From positions 1,444,163 to 1,508,162 of the forward strand of contig OZ244883.1 in the NCBI GenBank assembly GCA_965221375.1: a DNA stretch of 64,000 bases, given 5' to 3'. Positions 29,427-40,262 of this stretch are shown in pieces. The DNA comes from an uncultured candidatus Porisulfidus sp. (GTDB lineage Bacteria > Pseudomonadota > Gammaproteobacteria > Poriferisulfidales > Poriferisulfidaceae). Position 1 is the first letter of the stretch, and the number at the start of each line of letters is the position of its first letter. The position numbers and the translations under genes are program-made. The notes beneath the pieces were generated by a model. That model saw only the letters and a list, made by a program, of their open reading frames with translations, had not been told where the DNA came from and made no database searches.

Positions 29427-29455
29427 TTGACCTGCCCGAAAATTGCTGATATAGT
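29427..29455 (+). promoter_or_regulatory. Sigma70-type promoter for the Cascade operon
   Basis: TTGACC-17 nt-TATAGT with an extended -10 TG, in the cas3-cas8e intergenic gap. Confidence 0.6.
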
Positions 29456-29519
29456 GAAACCAATCAATATAAAACACGATTCCTAAGTACTCGTCGTAGC
29501 AATAAGGTTAGGGGCTTGC

Positions 29520-30998
29520 ATGCTCAACTTGATTTTAGACCCATGGATTCCTGTTGTACGTAGGAAAGGCCCCGACGTAATCCGGCCTGACCAAATGGCT
29601 GAACCCGATATTATCCGTTTGGCTTGGCCTCGCCCTGATCTGAATCTTGCCTGCCATGAACTGTTAATTGGACTCGTTTATTTGTCCTGCCCACCTATCA
29701 ATTTAGATGCCCGAAGAATACGGCCAGATCCACATTCTTTACGGTCTGCATTATTACCTTTAGCCACAGCATTTAATCTCATGGGTTCGGGTCCGCGCTT
29801 CCTTCAAGATTGGGAGCCTCTTGAAGACCAAGCAGAACCTTCGGACAGACTGTCGCCAGACGCGCTCTTTATTGATAGTGCCGGCAAAAACACACAAAAA
29901 AGAAATGCCGATTTGCTGGTACGGCGCGACCGTTATAACCGTCTACCTCCACCTTTAGCTGCCATAGCACTATACACATTGCAGGCCTTCGCACCCAGTG
30001 GAGGAAAAGGGTTTCGAACTTCCATGCGCGGAGGAGGCCCAATGGTGACATTGGTTTGCCCCGACGAGCCCGGTCTATGGCCAATGATATGGGCGAACGT
30101 TCCGGAAGGGCAAGCACTCACCCCAGAAAGATTAAAACAATTACCGTGGATGAAACCGTGCCAAACTTCCGAACAAAATCAAGTGAAGATACCGAATCCA
30201 GATACTCCAATCGACCCCGAGGTGTTTTTCGGACAACCACGACGGCTTCGGCTCATCGCCGAAGCGGACAGTATTACTGGAGTAATTCAAAAGAATTACG
30301 GAATTAATTACAGTGGTTGGAAACACTATCTAACACCATATCGACATGCAGAAGACCAAACTTTACCAGTGCACCCTAAATCGGGCACATTTGCTTACAA
30401 AGACTGGCGCGGAATAATTTTAAAAAGCGAACAAAAACTTAGACCCGAGAACCTTGAACGATATTTACAAGCATCCGATGGCGCAAAATTTGACTTAATA
30501 GTATCCGGCTGGGTTATGGAAAACGCTAAACCCAGAGACTTTGTATGGTCTAAGCAACCTGTATTCCAACTATCCCCCAAAGCCGAAGATCATGCTTGCG
30601 AGATGGTAGAAAGCGCTGAACAGGCTTCTTTCGCGTTGACTTCTTTTTGCAATGGTATAGGTGGAGGACAAACTAACACTCACAGAAAGCAGGAAATCAG
30701 CGACGCGTTTTTTAAACTCACACAACGTACATTTGAGTACAAAATTATGGATCTTTCGAGGGACACACCTTTTACTCCCACTGAGTGGCTGCAGACGATG
30801 CGCCACGTTGCTTTAATGTTGTTTGACAGTGTTGTAATCCCGGGTCTTTCCGAACTGAAAGGAGAACACAGAGAAAAAGCAGTGATGGCACGAAAAAATT
30901 TGAGGAAAGCCTTTTATGGTTACGGAACATTTGGGAAAAAAATTTATGGCGCGCTAGGATTAGAGTTGCCTGCGAGAGTAAATAGGGAAGCAGCATGA
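29520..30998 (+). CDS. cas8e: Type I-E Cascade large subunit Cas8e (Cse1/CasA)
   Basis: NLILDPWIPV, FAPSGGKGFRTSMRGGGP and FFGQPRRLRL motifs; position in the operon. Confidence 0.93.
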   Translation: MLNLILDPWIPVVRRKGPDVIRPDQMAEPDIIRLAWPRPDLNLACHELLIGLVYLSCPPINLDARRIRPDPHSLRSALLPLATAFNLMGSGPRFLQDWEPLEDQAEPSDRLSPDALFIDSAGKNTQKRNADLLVRRDRYNRLPPPLAAIALYTLQAFAPSGGKGFRTSMRGGGPMVTLVCPDEPGLWPMIWANVPEGQALTPERLKQLPWMKPCQTSEQNQVKIPNPDTPIDPEVFFGQPRRLRLIAEADSITGVIQKNYGINYSGWKHYLTPYRHAEDQTLPVHPKSGTFAYKDWRGIILKSEQKLRPENLERYLQASDGAKFDLIVSGWVMENAKPRDFVWSKQPVFQLSPKAEDHACEMVESAEQASFALTSFCNGIGGGQTNTHRKQEISDAFFKLTQRTFEYKIMDLSRDTPFTPTEWLQTMRHVALMLFDSVVIPGLSELKGEHREKAVMARKNLRKAFYGYGTFGKKIYGALGLELPARVNREAA

Positions 30999-31531
30999 CA
31001 GCCCAAAAGCTAAAAATTGGAACTATCTGCAAAAGCTGGTGGAGTCATACCATTGCCGCCGATACCAGCAATGCTCGACGAGTAAAGGCTGAACTTCACC
31101 GAGCAAAAACCCCCCTGGTTGCGCTTGGAATTGCAGAGGTGCACAACTTGCACCACATGTTAAAAGATGCGGGACATGATCTTCGATATCAAAAAACCGG
31201 GCCTGACAAATTAGCACTAATCGCAGTAACTTTGGCACACATTAAGGAAAACAGCAATGAGTCGCTTGCCAAACTATTTGGAGCCGGAGATCCAAAGCAA
31301 CTTAGTGAAATGCGATTCAACACCCTCATCCGCTCATACACATCGCGCGATTTGATGCGCCCATTAATTCGAGGACTTGCAGTTGTCGGAGGCGTGGCAA
31401 ATGTACAAATGCTTGCTGAAGATCTCTATTTTTGGAATAATCAAACTCGCACTAACTGGTGTTTCGACTATTACGATGCAAGTGACGCTAAACCAACTAT
31501 TGAACCTATTATTGTGGAGCAAAACAAATGA
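30995..31531 (+). CDS. cse2: Type I-E small subunit Cas11 (Cse2/CasB)
   Basis: LSEMRF and WCFDYY motifs; ATGA overlaps with neighbours. Confidence 0.9.
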   Translation: MTAQKLKIGTICKSWWSHTIAADTSNARRVKAELHRAKTPLVALGIAEVHNLHHMLKDAGHDLRYQKTGPDKLALIAVTLAHIKENSNESLAKLFGAGDPKQLSEMRFNTLIRSYTSRDLMRPLIRGLAVVGGVANVQMLAEDLYFWNNQTRTNWCFDYYDASDAKPTIEPIIVEQNK

Positions 31532-32598
31532 GTCATTTTCTGCAACTACATTACTTGACTATATACCCTCCTTCCAACCCCAATCGTGATGACCAAGGGC
31601 ATCCTAAGTCAGTTTTCTACGGTGGCACCCCGCGCCTTCGCATTTCATCCCAAGCATTGAAACGTGCGGCACGTCTATCGAATGTAATGCAGACTGATCT
31701 TGCGGGACATCTCGGAGAACGTACGCAACGAATTGGAGAAATAGTTCGAGACAAACTAATTGCTGACGGTGCCGACGAAGAAAAAGCAAAAAATTTAGCA
31801 ACGGCCATCGCTGATGTTTTTGGAAAGCTTGATAAAAAAGCGGAAAAAAACGGGAAGATTCACACTCGCCAGTTAGCTTTTATTTCTCCCGATGAACGTG
31901 AATGCGCCATTGAAATTGCTCGCAAAACATTGAATGGCGAGCCTATGCCCGAGATTAAGGATTTGAAAGAGGAAGTATTACGTACGGCCGATGGTGCTGC
32001 CGATATAGCTATGTTTGGCCGAATGCTAGCCGACGATCCCGATTACAACCGTGAAGCCGCAGTACAAGTCAGCCATGCTTTTACCACGCACCAATCATTA
32101 ATAGAAGATGACTTTTATACTGCTGTTGACGACTTAAAACAGTCCTCCGAAGATGCGGGTGCTGGATTTATTGGTGAAGCTGGATTTGGATCGGGAGTTT
32201 TCTACACTTATGCGTGCTTAGACACCGAATTATTGATTGAAAACTTGAGTGGTGATGCAGAATTGGCCAGTCGTGCAGCTGGAGCACTTGCTGAAGCCTT
32301 GGCAACATCTACACCATCTGGAAAACGCAATAGTTTTGGGCACCAAACTTTTGCTAGTTATATCCTTGCTGAATACGGAAGCAAGCAACCGCGCTCATTG
32401 GCCGGAGCATTTTTCAAACCAATCCAAGGTGACGATCTTCTAGCCGCTTCTATCGAAGCGCTTGGAGCATCGATTGATCAGATGAATGAAGCATATGGCC
32501 CCTGTGCAGAACGTCACCAAGTCATGAATGTACCGCATAAACAAGGGAGTCTCGAAGAAATCAAATCTTTCGCTGTTCAATGTATTAGCAATGACTGA
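31528..32598 (+). CDS. cas7: Type I-E Cas7 (Cse4/CasC)
   Basis: SNPNRDDQG, RISSQALKR, DIAMFGRMLA, DFYTAVDD and PSGKRNSF motifs. Confidence 0.96.
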   Translation: MSHFLQLHYLTIYPPSNPNRDDQGHPKSVFYGGTPRLRISSQALKRAARLSNVMQTDLAGHLGERTQRIGEIVRDKLIADGADEEKAKNLATAIADVFGKLDKKAEKNGKIHTRQLAFISPDERECAIEIARKTLNGEPMPEIKDLKEEVLRTADGAADIAMFGRMLADDPDYNREAAVQVSHAFTTHQSLIEDDFYTAVDDLKQSSEDAGAGFIGEAGFGSGVFYTYACLDTELLIENLSGDAELASRAAGALAEALATSTPSGKRNSFGHQTFASYILAEYGSKQPRSLAGAFFKPIQGDDLLAASIEALGASIDQMNEAYGPCAERHQVMNVPHKQGSLEEIKSFAVQCISND

Positions 32599-33274
32599 TT
32601 ACACGATTTTTTCCCTGATTGGACCAATGGGTTCCTTCGGGGACCTTGCGGGACACGAACGGCGGGGTTCATTACTATGGCCAGGGCGTTCCGCAATATT
32701 AGGTTTGATTGGAGCAGCCTCGGGAGTGCGTCGCTCCAACCAACATGAGCAAGATAAACTTAAGCAATGGAAAACAGCTGTATCAATACTAGATGGAACT
32801 GTACCTTGGGTCGATTTTCACACCATCCAAACGATACCTTCACGTATTAAACAACCCTCTACTCGACGCGACGCTATTGCAGCACTGAAGCCAAACGATA
32901 ACGGGCTTATTACATTGCGAGAATATATTAGTGACTGTGCATTTGGTGTAGCAGTATGGGGTGGCGATACCCATGCTTTAGCAAAGGCGTTGAACTACCC
33001 AAAGTTTGTACCGTATTTGGGTCGGAAAAGTTGTCCTTTGTCTGCACCTATGGCCGCCAAATGCGTCCAAGCAGGAAGTTTCAAAGAAGCTTTACATCAA
33101 ATTACGCTGCCTTATTTTTCAAACTATGACCCTCGTCGACCAAACCTTATCACTGCTGATGAAGAAGATGAAAAAGCGGATCTTGTCGAAACACGATGGG
33201 ACGAGCCCTTGGACAGAAAAGCATGGCATTTTGGTCCTCGACTTGTTTACCGGTACCAATCGGAGAATACCTGA
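32591..33274 (+). CDS. cas5: Type I-E Cas5 (CasD)
   Basis: GPMGSFG, PGRSAILGLIGA, DFHT, REY and YLGRKSCP motifs. Confidence 0.95.
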   Translation: MTDYTIFSLIGPMGSFGDLAGHERRGSLLWPGRSAILGLIGAASGVRRSNQHEQDKLKQWKTAVSILDGTVPWVDFHTIQTIPSRIKQPSTRRDAIAALKPNDNGLITLREYISDCAFGVAVWGGDTHALAKALNYPKFVPYLGRKSCPLSAPMAAKCVQAGSFKEALHQITLPYFSNYDPRRPNLITADEEDEKADLVETRWDEPLDRKAWHFGPRLVYRYQSENT

Positions 33275-33948
33275 TGAGTCTTTATTTCTCGCGCTTAAGA
33301 TTAAACCGCAACGCCCCCACCGCGGCACTAATTCCGCTTCTTAATCCGACCAACCTCACACAAGCAACAAATGTACACCATCGCCTAATATGGTCACTGT
33401 TTTCCGATAGTAGTACGCGGAAAAGAGACTTTTTGTGGAGACATAATGGTCGCGGGCATTTTTACACATTATCGGCTCGTCCACCCAGTACCAATGATCT
33501 TTTTTCTCCACCCGAAACGAAAGTTTTTCAACCTAAACTAAGTCCTGGAGATGTATTGAACTTTTCTCTACGGGCAAACGCAACTCGGTCGCGTCGCATT
33601 AGTACTCGAAAAAGTCAGCGCGTCGACATCGTGATGGATATGCTGCACAAAATTCCTCCTGGTGCCAAACGAAATACTAAGCGCCAAAAGTATGCCCAAG
33701 AAGTAGCTCGCGACTGGGTGACAAAACAAGGAAACTCAAAGGGTTTTATTGCGCGAGAAATTGTTTCCGAAAATTATTTCACCGTAGAGTTGGGTCGAGG
33801 ACGACGCCAAGATGCCACTTTTGGAATCTTGGACATTATGGGACAAATTGAGATTACTAATCCCGATGAGTTTTTATTCGCCTTGGCTCAAGGATTTGGC
33901 CGAGCAAAAACTTGGGGTTGCGGGCTGATGCTAATTCGCCGTGCCTAA
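33274..33948 (+). CDS. cas6e: Type I-E Cas6e (Cse3/CasE)
   Basis: HRLIWSLF, FSLRANA and the Gly-rich loop GFGRAKTWGCGLM. Confidence 0.95.
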   Translation: MSLYFSRLRLNRNAPTAALIPLLNPTNLTQATNVHHRLIWSLFSDSSTRKRDFLWRHNGRGHFYTLSARPPSTNDLFSPPETKVFQPKLSPGDVLNFSLRANATRSRRISTRKSQRVDIVMDMLHKIPPGAKRNTKRQKYAQEVARDWVTKQGNSKGFIAREIVSENYFTVELGRGRRQDATFGILDIMGQIEITNPDEFLFALAQGFGRAKTWGCGLMLIRRA

Positions 33949-34883
33949 TGGGTTTGCCGGGACTCCCACCAGCTAAACCCATCCCTCTGAAAGAACGCGC
34001 AGCAGTTGTTTTTGTTGAGCGAGCTAAGATTGATGTGAAGGATGGCGCATTCGTTGCCATCAATGCTGACGGTACACGTACTCACATTCCAATTGGTGGT
34101 ATTGCGTGCATAATGTTGGAACCTGGCGCACGAATTAGTCATGCCGCTGTAGCTTTGGCAGGACGTGTCGGCACACTAATTATCTGGGTTGGAGAGGCTG
34201 GTGTTCGGCTATATTCCTCTGGGCAACCTGGTGGAGCACGGGCCGACAACTTGCTATGGCAGGCCCAACTCGCACTAGACGACTCTGCCCGCTTGCGCAT
34301 TGTACGAGAAATGTACGCTCGACGTTTTGGTGAAACACCACCTGCGCGCAGATCAGTAAACCAACTAAGGGGGATTGAGGGGCAGCGCATACGACATGCA
34401 TATAGACTACTCGCAGATCGTTATAACGTGACTTGGACGCGTCGCAATTATGATCCCAGAAATTGGGATAGTGCCGATATCGCTAACCGCTGCCTTTCGT
34501 CGGCAACCTCGTGTCTGCACGGTTTATCTGAAGCAGCAATTTTGGCAGCCGGCTATGCTCCAGCAATCGGATTTCTTCATACTGGAAAACCGCGAAGTTT
34601 TGTTTATGATATTGCTGATATTTGGAAATTACAAACTGTTATACCTGAGGCGTTTCAGATAGCTGCCAAAGCGCAAAAAGGCATTTTAAAAATGTCTCCC
34701 GAACGAGCAGTCCGCCTGTGTTGTCGAGATGTTTTCCGAAAATCTGGTCTACTAAAAAAAATTATTCCTAGTATTCACGAATTATTAGCCGCCGGGAATT
34801 TACCAAAACCTAATCCTCCACCCGAAGCTTTAGGCCCGGCATTTGAAGAAGAGACTAGCGGAGATGATGGTCATCGCGGTTAA
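33948..34883 (+). CDS. cas1: Type I-E Cas1
   Basis: LEPGARISH, WVGEAGVRLY, QLRGIEG and GFLHTGKP.SFVYDIAD motifs. Confidence 0.97.
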   Translation: MGLPGLPPAKPIPLKERAAVVFVERAKIDVKDGAFVAINADGTRTHIPIGGIACIMLEPGARISHAAVALAGRVGTLIIWVGEAGVRLYSSGQPGGARADNLLWQAQLALDDSARLRIVREMYARRFGETPPARRSVNQLRGIEGQRIRHAYRLLADRYNVTWTRRNYDPRNWDSADIANRCLSSATSCLHGLSEAAILAAGYAPAIGFLHTGKPRSFVYDIADIWKLQTVIPEAFQIAAKAQKGILKMSPERAVRLCCRDVFRKSGLLKKIIPSIHELLAAGNLPKPNPPPEALGPAFEEETSGDDGHRG

Positions 34884-35151
34884 TAATGCCCCTCCGCATC
34901 TTCGAGGCCGTTTGGCAGTTTGGTTACTAGAAATACGAGCCGGTGTCTATATTGGGCGTTATTCATCGCGAGTACGAGAAAGAATATGGAGGCAGGTGCA
35001 AACTGGAATCGGAGAAGGTGATGCTGTGATATGTTGGACAGTACCTACCGATCAGGGATATGATTTTGCAACTGCGGGCCGAAATCGACGTATGCCACAA
35101 GATTTTGATGGCTTAAAACTGGTTTGTTTCAGCCCGCTAGATAGTGATTGA
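34864..35151 (+). CDS. cas2: Type I-E Cas2
   Basis: PPHLRGRLAVWLLEIRAGVYIG...DFDGLKL. Confidence 0.96.
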   Translation: MMVIAVNNAPPHLRGRLAVWLLEIRAGVYIGRYSSRVRERIWRQVQTGIGEGDAVICWTVPTDQGYDFATAGRNRRMPQDFDGLKLVCFSPLDSD

Positions 35152-35245
35152 TACATAAACAAAAGATAAGGAATTGTTTCCAAAATAAATCGGTGCAGAT
35201 TGGCCACCATAAAAAAATTATATTTTTTAGACTCTTACAATTAGT
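35152..35245 (+). promoter_or_regulatory. CRISPR leader
   Basis: AT-rich segment between cas2 and the first repeat. Degenerate repeats are at the opposite end of the array. Confidence 0.85.
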
Positions 35246-38200
35246 CTGTTCCCCGCCCACGCGGGGATGAACCGCCCAGAACACGCGCTTGAGAACGCCA
35301 TAGACTCTGTTCCCCGCCCACGCGGGGATGAACCGGAGATAAAAGCAGAATGCGATAACGGGGAAACCTGTTCCCCGCCCACGCGGGGATGAACCGAAAT
35401 CAAACCGGATACGATTCGCCGGCATTTCCTGTTCCCCGCCCACGCGGGGATGAACCGGCTTCGGCGACATTCAGCACGATGTAGTTGAGCTGTTCCCCGC
35501 CCACGCGGGGATGAACCGATGCGGCTCATCCGGAGCCCAGTCAATGTTTTCTGTTCCCCGCCCACGCGGGGATGAACCGGATGGACGAGGGCCGCCTTAC
35601 CGACGGCCTCGCTGTTCCCCGCCCACGCGGGGATGAACCGCAGATGCCAAAACAAACTTCCTTACATTCAGACTGTTCCCCGCCCACGCGGGGATGAACC
35701 GGAAAAATCACGGCAGTGGAATACGCCAACGCGCTGTTCCCCGCCCACGCGGGGATGAACCGTTTCTAAAGGTTCGGCGGCGAATACACCCGGCCTGTTC
35801 CCCGCCCACGCGGGGATGAACCGTCGGTTGCCGGAACGCTGTCGCCATACACCGCCTGTTCCCCGCCCACGCGGGGATGAACCGTAAGCTGGATTTTTTA
35901 CTGAATGAGGAATTTACTGTTCCCCGCCCACGCGGGGATGAACCGAGACGCGATAGGCTTTCGCGACAGGCGCAAGGCTGTTCCCCGCCCACGCGGGGAT
36001 GAACCGGTGTATCCCGACTGGTATCGGCAGGATTTGGCCTGTTCCCCGCCCACGCGGGGATGAACCGGACTTGGAACGCGCTCATGAGGCGCATAGAACC
36101 TGTTCCCCGCCCACGCGGGGATGAACCGGTGTAGTAGGTAGTATGGGGCGAGTTGGCGCGCTGTTCCCCGCCCACGCGGGGATGAACCGGCAATCTAGCC
36201 CCGATTGGCGAGTGCTTGGCGCTGTTCCCCGCCCACGCGGGGATGAACCGCCCGCCCGACGGGTGATTAGCCCACGCGAATACTGTTCCCCGCCCACGCG
36301 GGGATGAACCGCCGCCCAGTTTCGCCGGAACCCCGTGAAACTCCTGTTCCCCGCCCACGCGGGGATGAACCGCCGGCAAACAATGCCGCGCCGGTGAACA
36401 TCCCCTGTTCCCCGCCCACGCGGGGATGAACCGGCCCCGTTGGGATATCCAAGCCGCACCCTGCGCTGTTCCCCGCCCACGCGGGGATGAACCGGAAAAA
36501 TAACCACCGAAAAGCCGATTTTCCCACTGTTCCCCGCCCACGCGGGGATGAACCGAAATATTGCTTACCGCGTATTGGAGAAAGTCACTGTTCCCCGCCC
36601 ACGCGGGGATGAACCGACCGCGAATGCGGGGCTGAATACTACACGGCTCTGTTCCCCGCCCACGCGGGGATGAACCGGAACTGGAGATACGAGTCAACTC
36701 GACTTACGACTGTTCCCCGCCCACGCGGGGATGAACCGCACGGCTTGAGCGCATACGGGAACTGGACGGACTGTTCCCCGCCCACGCGGGGATGAACCGC
36801 GGCATCGTCGCTTTTGTGATCGGGATTTTTGCTGTTCCCCGCCCACGCGGGGATGAACCGGATTGAGTGTTCAATCCACTAACTTGAAGAGGCTGTTCCC
36901 CGCCCACGCGGGGATGAACCGGATGTGGAAATTTCGGTTGACAGGCATGGCCACTGTTCCCCGCCCACGCGGGGATGAACCGAGAACGACCACCGCCCAT
37001 TGCCGATTGCCTTTCTGTTCCCCGCCCACGCGGGGATGAACCGACTTGGATTTTCAATTCGTCCCTGTAATCGGACTGTTCCCCGCCCACGCGGGGATGA
37101 ACCGTCATTATTTGGGTTCAATCCCGACAATCCTGCCTGTTCCCCGCCCACGCGGGGATGAACCGGTGTCGCGGAAACTTATGCGTTCTTTCGCGAGCTG
37201 TTCCCCGCCCACGCGGGGATGAACCGTTGAGCCGATTTACGACTACCTAGACCAATCCCTGTTCCCCGCCCACGCGGGGATGAACCGGAGCGGCTCGACT
37301 GTATTTTGACGCGCAACTCCTGTTCCCCGCCCACGCGGGGATGAACCGATCGCGGAATCGGGACCATCTTCCAAAGTCATCTGTTCCCCGCCCACGCGGG
37401 GATGAACCGACATGGTTCGGATGCCCGACGGCACCTATGTGCTGTTCCCCGCCCACGCGGGGATGAACCGGCAATTTCTCGTCCAGTACGTTTAGTGAAT
37501 CTCTGTTCCCCGCCCACGCGGGGATGAACCGAAGTAATTCATCTTGACGCTGGGGGCGCTTTCCTGTTCCCCGCCCACGCGGGGATGAACCGGAAACTAT
37601 GTGAATAGTTTGGAGACGGCAGAGCTGTTCCCCGCCCACGCGGGGATGAACCGGCCTGCTCTTTACTCATCCATGACGCACCAAACTGTTCCCCGCCCAC
37701 GCGGGGATGAACCGTGCGTAAAAACCACCATGCGGCGGCCTATTCACTGTTCCCCGCCCACGCGGGGATGAACCGGTGCATAAAAAGATGCGCCGTGCCG
37801 GACGAGGCTGTTCCCCGCCCACGCGGGGATGAACCGACGCAATGCCATCGGGACGGCGATTTTATCCACTGTTCCCCGCCCACGCGGGGATGAACCGCTA
37901 AAAGAGCCGACTTGACAATCTTGGAATCCCTGTTCCCCGCCCACGCGGGGATGAACCGGAATTGATACGCACTTTGAACGGCGGGGTTAGCTGTTCCCCG
38001 CCCACGCGGGGATGAACCGTGGTAGCACCCATCCGAACAGCAATGACATTGCTGTTCCCCGCCCACGCGGGGATGAACCGACCCATCCGCCTGGAGAATA
38101 TTTGAATAGGTTCTGTTCCCCGCCCACGCGGGGATGAACCGACGCAACACTTTGAACTCGGTGCGCGGGCGATCTGTTCCCCGCCCACGCGGGGATGAAC

Positions 38201-38934
38201 CGCGCATCGCGCTCGGCGGTATCCACACTCAAATCTGTTCCCCGCCCACGCGGGGATGAACCGGCACGCTAACTATACGCCGTTTCGGGTGAGGGCTGTT
38301 CCCCGCCCACGCGGGGATGAACCGGTGCATAAAAAGATGCGCCGTGCCGGACGAGGCTGTTCCCCGCCCACGCGGGGATGAACCGGTCTCCGGCGATCCG
38401 CCATCGCCGGCTTTGATCTGTTCCCCGCCCACGCGGGGATGAACCGCCTGATTTGCTGGCACTGGTGATCCGGTAGTACTGTTCCCCGCCCACGCGGGGA
38501 TGAACCGACCTGGCCGGGCTCCCACGCTTCCAGGCACCGCTGTTCCCCGCCCACGCGGGGATGAACCGGTCATCTATGCGGCGGCGGAGGCGTCACGCGG
38601 CTGTTCCCCGCCCACGCGGGGATGAACCGGAGAAAAAATCAAATACTTGGTAATCACTGATCTGTTCCCCGCCCACGCGGGGATGAACCGTCTACCTTGC
38701 AGTCCATGACGATGTTTTTTCTCTGTTCCCCGCCCACGCGGGGATGAACCGGAGCCTTCTGAGCAGGAGTGGGGCGGAGCCATCTGTTCCCCGCCCACGC
38801 GGGGATGAACCAGGGGGATTTGCTCCGTCTGCCCGAGTCAATGTCTGTTCCCCGCCCATGCGGGGATGAACCGCACAAACCCTGTTTTTCGTACCAAAAT
38901 TTCGCCTGTTCCCAGCCCACACGGAAACGAGTCA
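35246..38934 (+). CRISPR. Type I-E CRISPR array: 61 repeats (29 bp, CTGTTCCCCGCCCACGCGGGGATGAACCG) and 60 spacers of 32 bp
   Basis: Strict 61-bp period from 35246 to 38906, checked at several points. The last three repeats are variant and the terminal one is strongly degenerate. Confidence 0.99.
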
Positions 38935-38980
38935 TAACTCGCCAACTTTGCTTTCCCTTCCCGGTTTGGTACTAAAACTT

Positions 38981-39844
38981 TTACGGGAATTTAGGTGGTG
39001 CTACCCAATTAATATTCGCGCGAATGGATTTATTGTAATTCCACGCTTCTTCCAGCAGGCTTAACTGCACGCCTTGAGAGTGGGCTTCATGCAATAGCGC
39101 ATTTACATCTTTGGGGAAGCATTTTCCACCCCAACCTCGATCACCGTCAAAGCCCGGCACCTCATAGTGGCTGTTTCCGATACGGGTGTCCAAGTGCCAC
39201 AACTTGGCCAGCTCAATCCATTCAGTTGTGCTTCCCGACTTCTCCCACAACTCATAGAATTGATTCAAGATACTCACTTTCAGTGCGAGAAAAGCGTTGC
39301 CCATATATTTGATGAGGGCCGCTCCCGGCGCATCACAGTAACCTACCGGGCAAGGCGCACAACAGCTGTATTTCTCGAACAGCTCCTGCACCGCGTGGGT
39401 ATCTTCCGACTCGCCACCCAAAATGCGGAACTTGGGATTAAGAAAGTCATTCAGAGCGGTGCGCTCAACCAAAAATTCCGGGCAGACCACCATGCGCAAG
39501 TGGGAATACTTTTCTTTGTATTCACAGATTTTTGACGGCAGCGTGGTGCTGCCAATCACTACGGTTTTTTCTGGGTCCTGAGGTTGCTGCCCCAAAGTCT
39601 CCATGCATGGGTCAATAATGCGGGCATCAAAAGGCCCGCCCAAAGCGCCCGACTCCAGTTGCTGCGGGGTCGGCACGCAGATGAATATAAAAGCAGATTT
39701 TTGCCAAACGGCCTCTAGGGATGCCTCGAAAATCGTTTCATCGGCAGGATAGGCCGGATCATAAACATGCAGCGTAGCCTGATCCTGAAAAGCCGCAACC
39801 ACCGCCCGTCCTACGACCCCATGGCCGACGATTCCGATATCCAT
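38981..39844 (-). CDS. UDP-glucose/GDP-mannose dehydrogenase family protein (short form)
   Basis: GIVGHGVVG, FICVPTP, PEFL, KYMGNAFLALK, DTRIG and catalytic GGKCFPKD; ends after the central domain. Confidence 0.85.
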   Translation of the reverse strand: MDIGIVGHGVVGRAVVAAFQDQATLHVYDPAYPADETIFEASLEAVWQKSAFIFICVPTPQQLESGALGGPFDARIIDPCMETLGQQPQDPEKTVVIGSTTLPSKICEYKEKYSHLRMVVCPEFLVERTALNDFLNPKFRILGGESEDTHAVQELFEKYSCCAPCPVGYCDAPGAALIKYMGNAFLALKVSILNQFYELWEKSGSTTEWIELAKLWHLDTRIGNSHYEVPGFDGDRGWGGKCFPKDVNALLHEAHSQGVQLSLLEEAWNYNKSIRANINWVAPPKFP

Positions 39845-39878
39845 CGAAAACAGCAGTTAAAAAACAGAAAAAGTGCAA

Positions 39879-40262
39879 CTAGCGATCGTAGCGTATGTAC
39901 GCAAACCGCGGATCATCCGGGGTGCCTTCCAGAGGAGACTCTTCACTCGGTTGCCAGATCATCGTTTCTTCGATGCGTTTGGCCAACTCAAAATCGCGAT
40001 TGGTCACCCCCTTGTGGGAATGGGTGGTCAGTTTCACAATGATGAACGCATAGGAAACCGTCAAGTCCGGGTGATGCCAGGCCTGCTCCGCCAAATGGCC
40101 GATGGTCGTCACTGCCATCAAAGTGCCTTTCCAACTGGCCGTGCGGTATTTGCGGCGAATCCAGCCCGACTCCAAATACCACTTCGGCAATTCCGCCTTG
40201 AGGCGCTCCTCAATTTCTTCGTCGCTGTAGGTATCGTCGTTGCCTTTGTTTTCCCAACTCAT
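39879..40262 (-). CDS. Pterin-4-alpha-carbinolamine dehydratase family protein
   Basis: LAEQAWHHPDL and LTTHSHKGVTNRDFELA motifs. Confidence 0.9.
   Translation of the reverse strand: MSWENKGNDDTYSDEEIEERLKAELPKWYLESGWIRRKYRTASWKGTLMAVTTIGHLAEQAWHHPDLTVSYAFIIVKLTTHSHKGVTNRDFELAKRIEETMIWQPSEESPLEGTPDDPRFAYIRYDR

Noticed and set aside
29406-29519. Possible mini-array or regulatory crRNA-like element between cas3 and cas8e, or upstream of cas3
   Set aside because: No repeat-like sequence (GTTCCCCGC...GCGGGG) is visible; only a promoter-like motif.
32591-35151. Possible variant Cascade (HNH-fused Cas5/Cas8, DEDDh-fused Cas2, RT-Cas1)
   Set aside because: All Cas proteins have ordinary lengths with no extra domains, and Cas3 has intact HD and helicase motifs.
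36861-36892. Spacer 27 contains a palindrome (GATTGA-GTGT-TCAATC) faintly like another CRISPR repeat type
   Set aside because: Single occurrence and too short a resemblance to support.
37593-37624. Self-targeting: spacer 39 shares GACGGCAGAG with ~12497, and spacer 4 shares TGTAGTTGAG with chrA
   Set aside because: Only ~10-nt matches, expected by chance.
35129-38935. Many minus-strand ORFs with repeated GSSPRGRGT / RFIPAWAGN / VHPRVGGEQ
   Set aside because: These are translations of the CRISPR repeats, not proteins.
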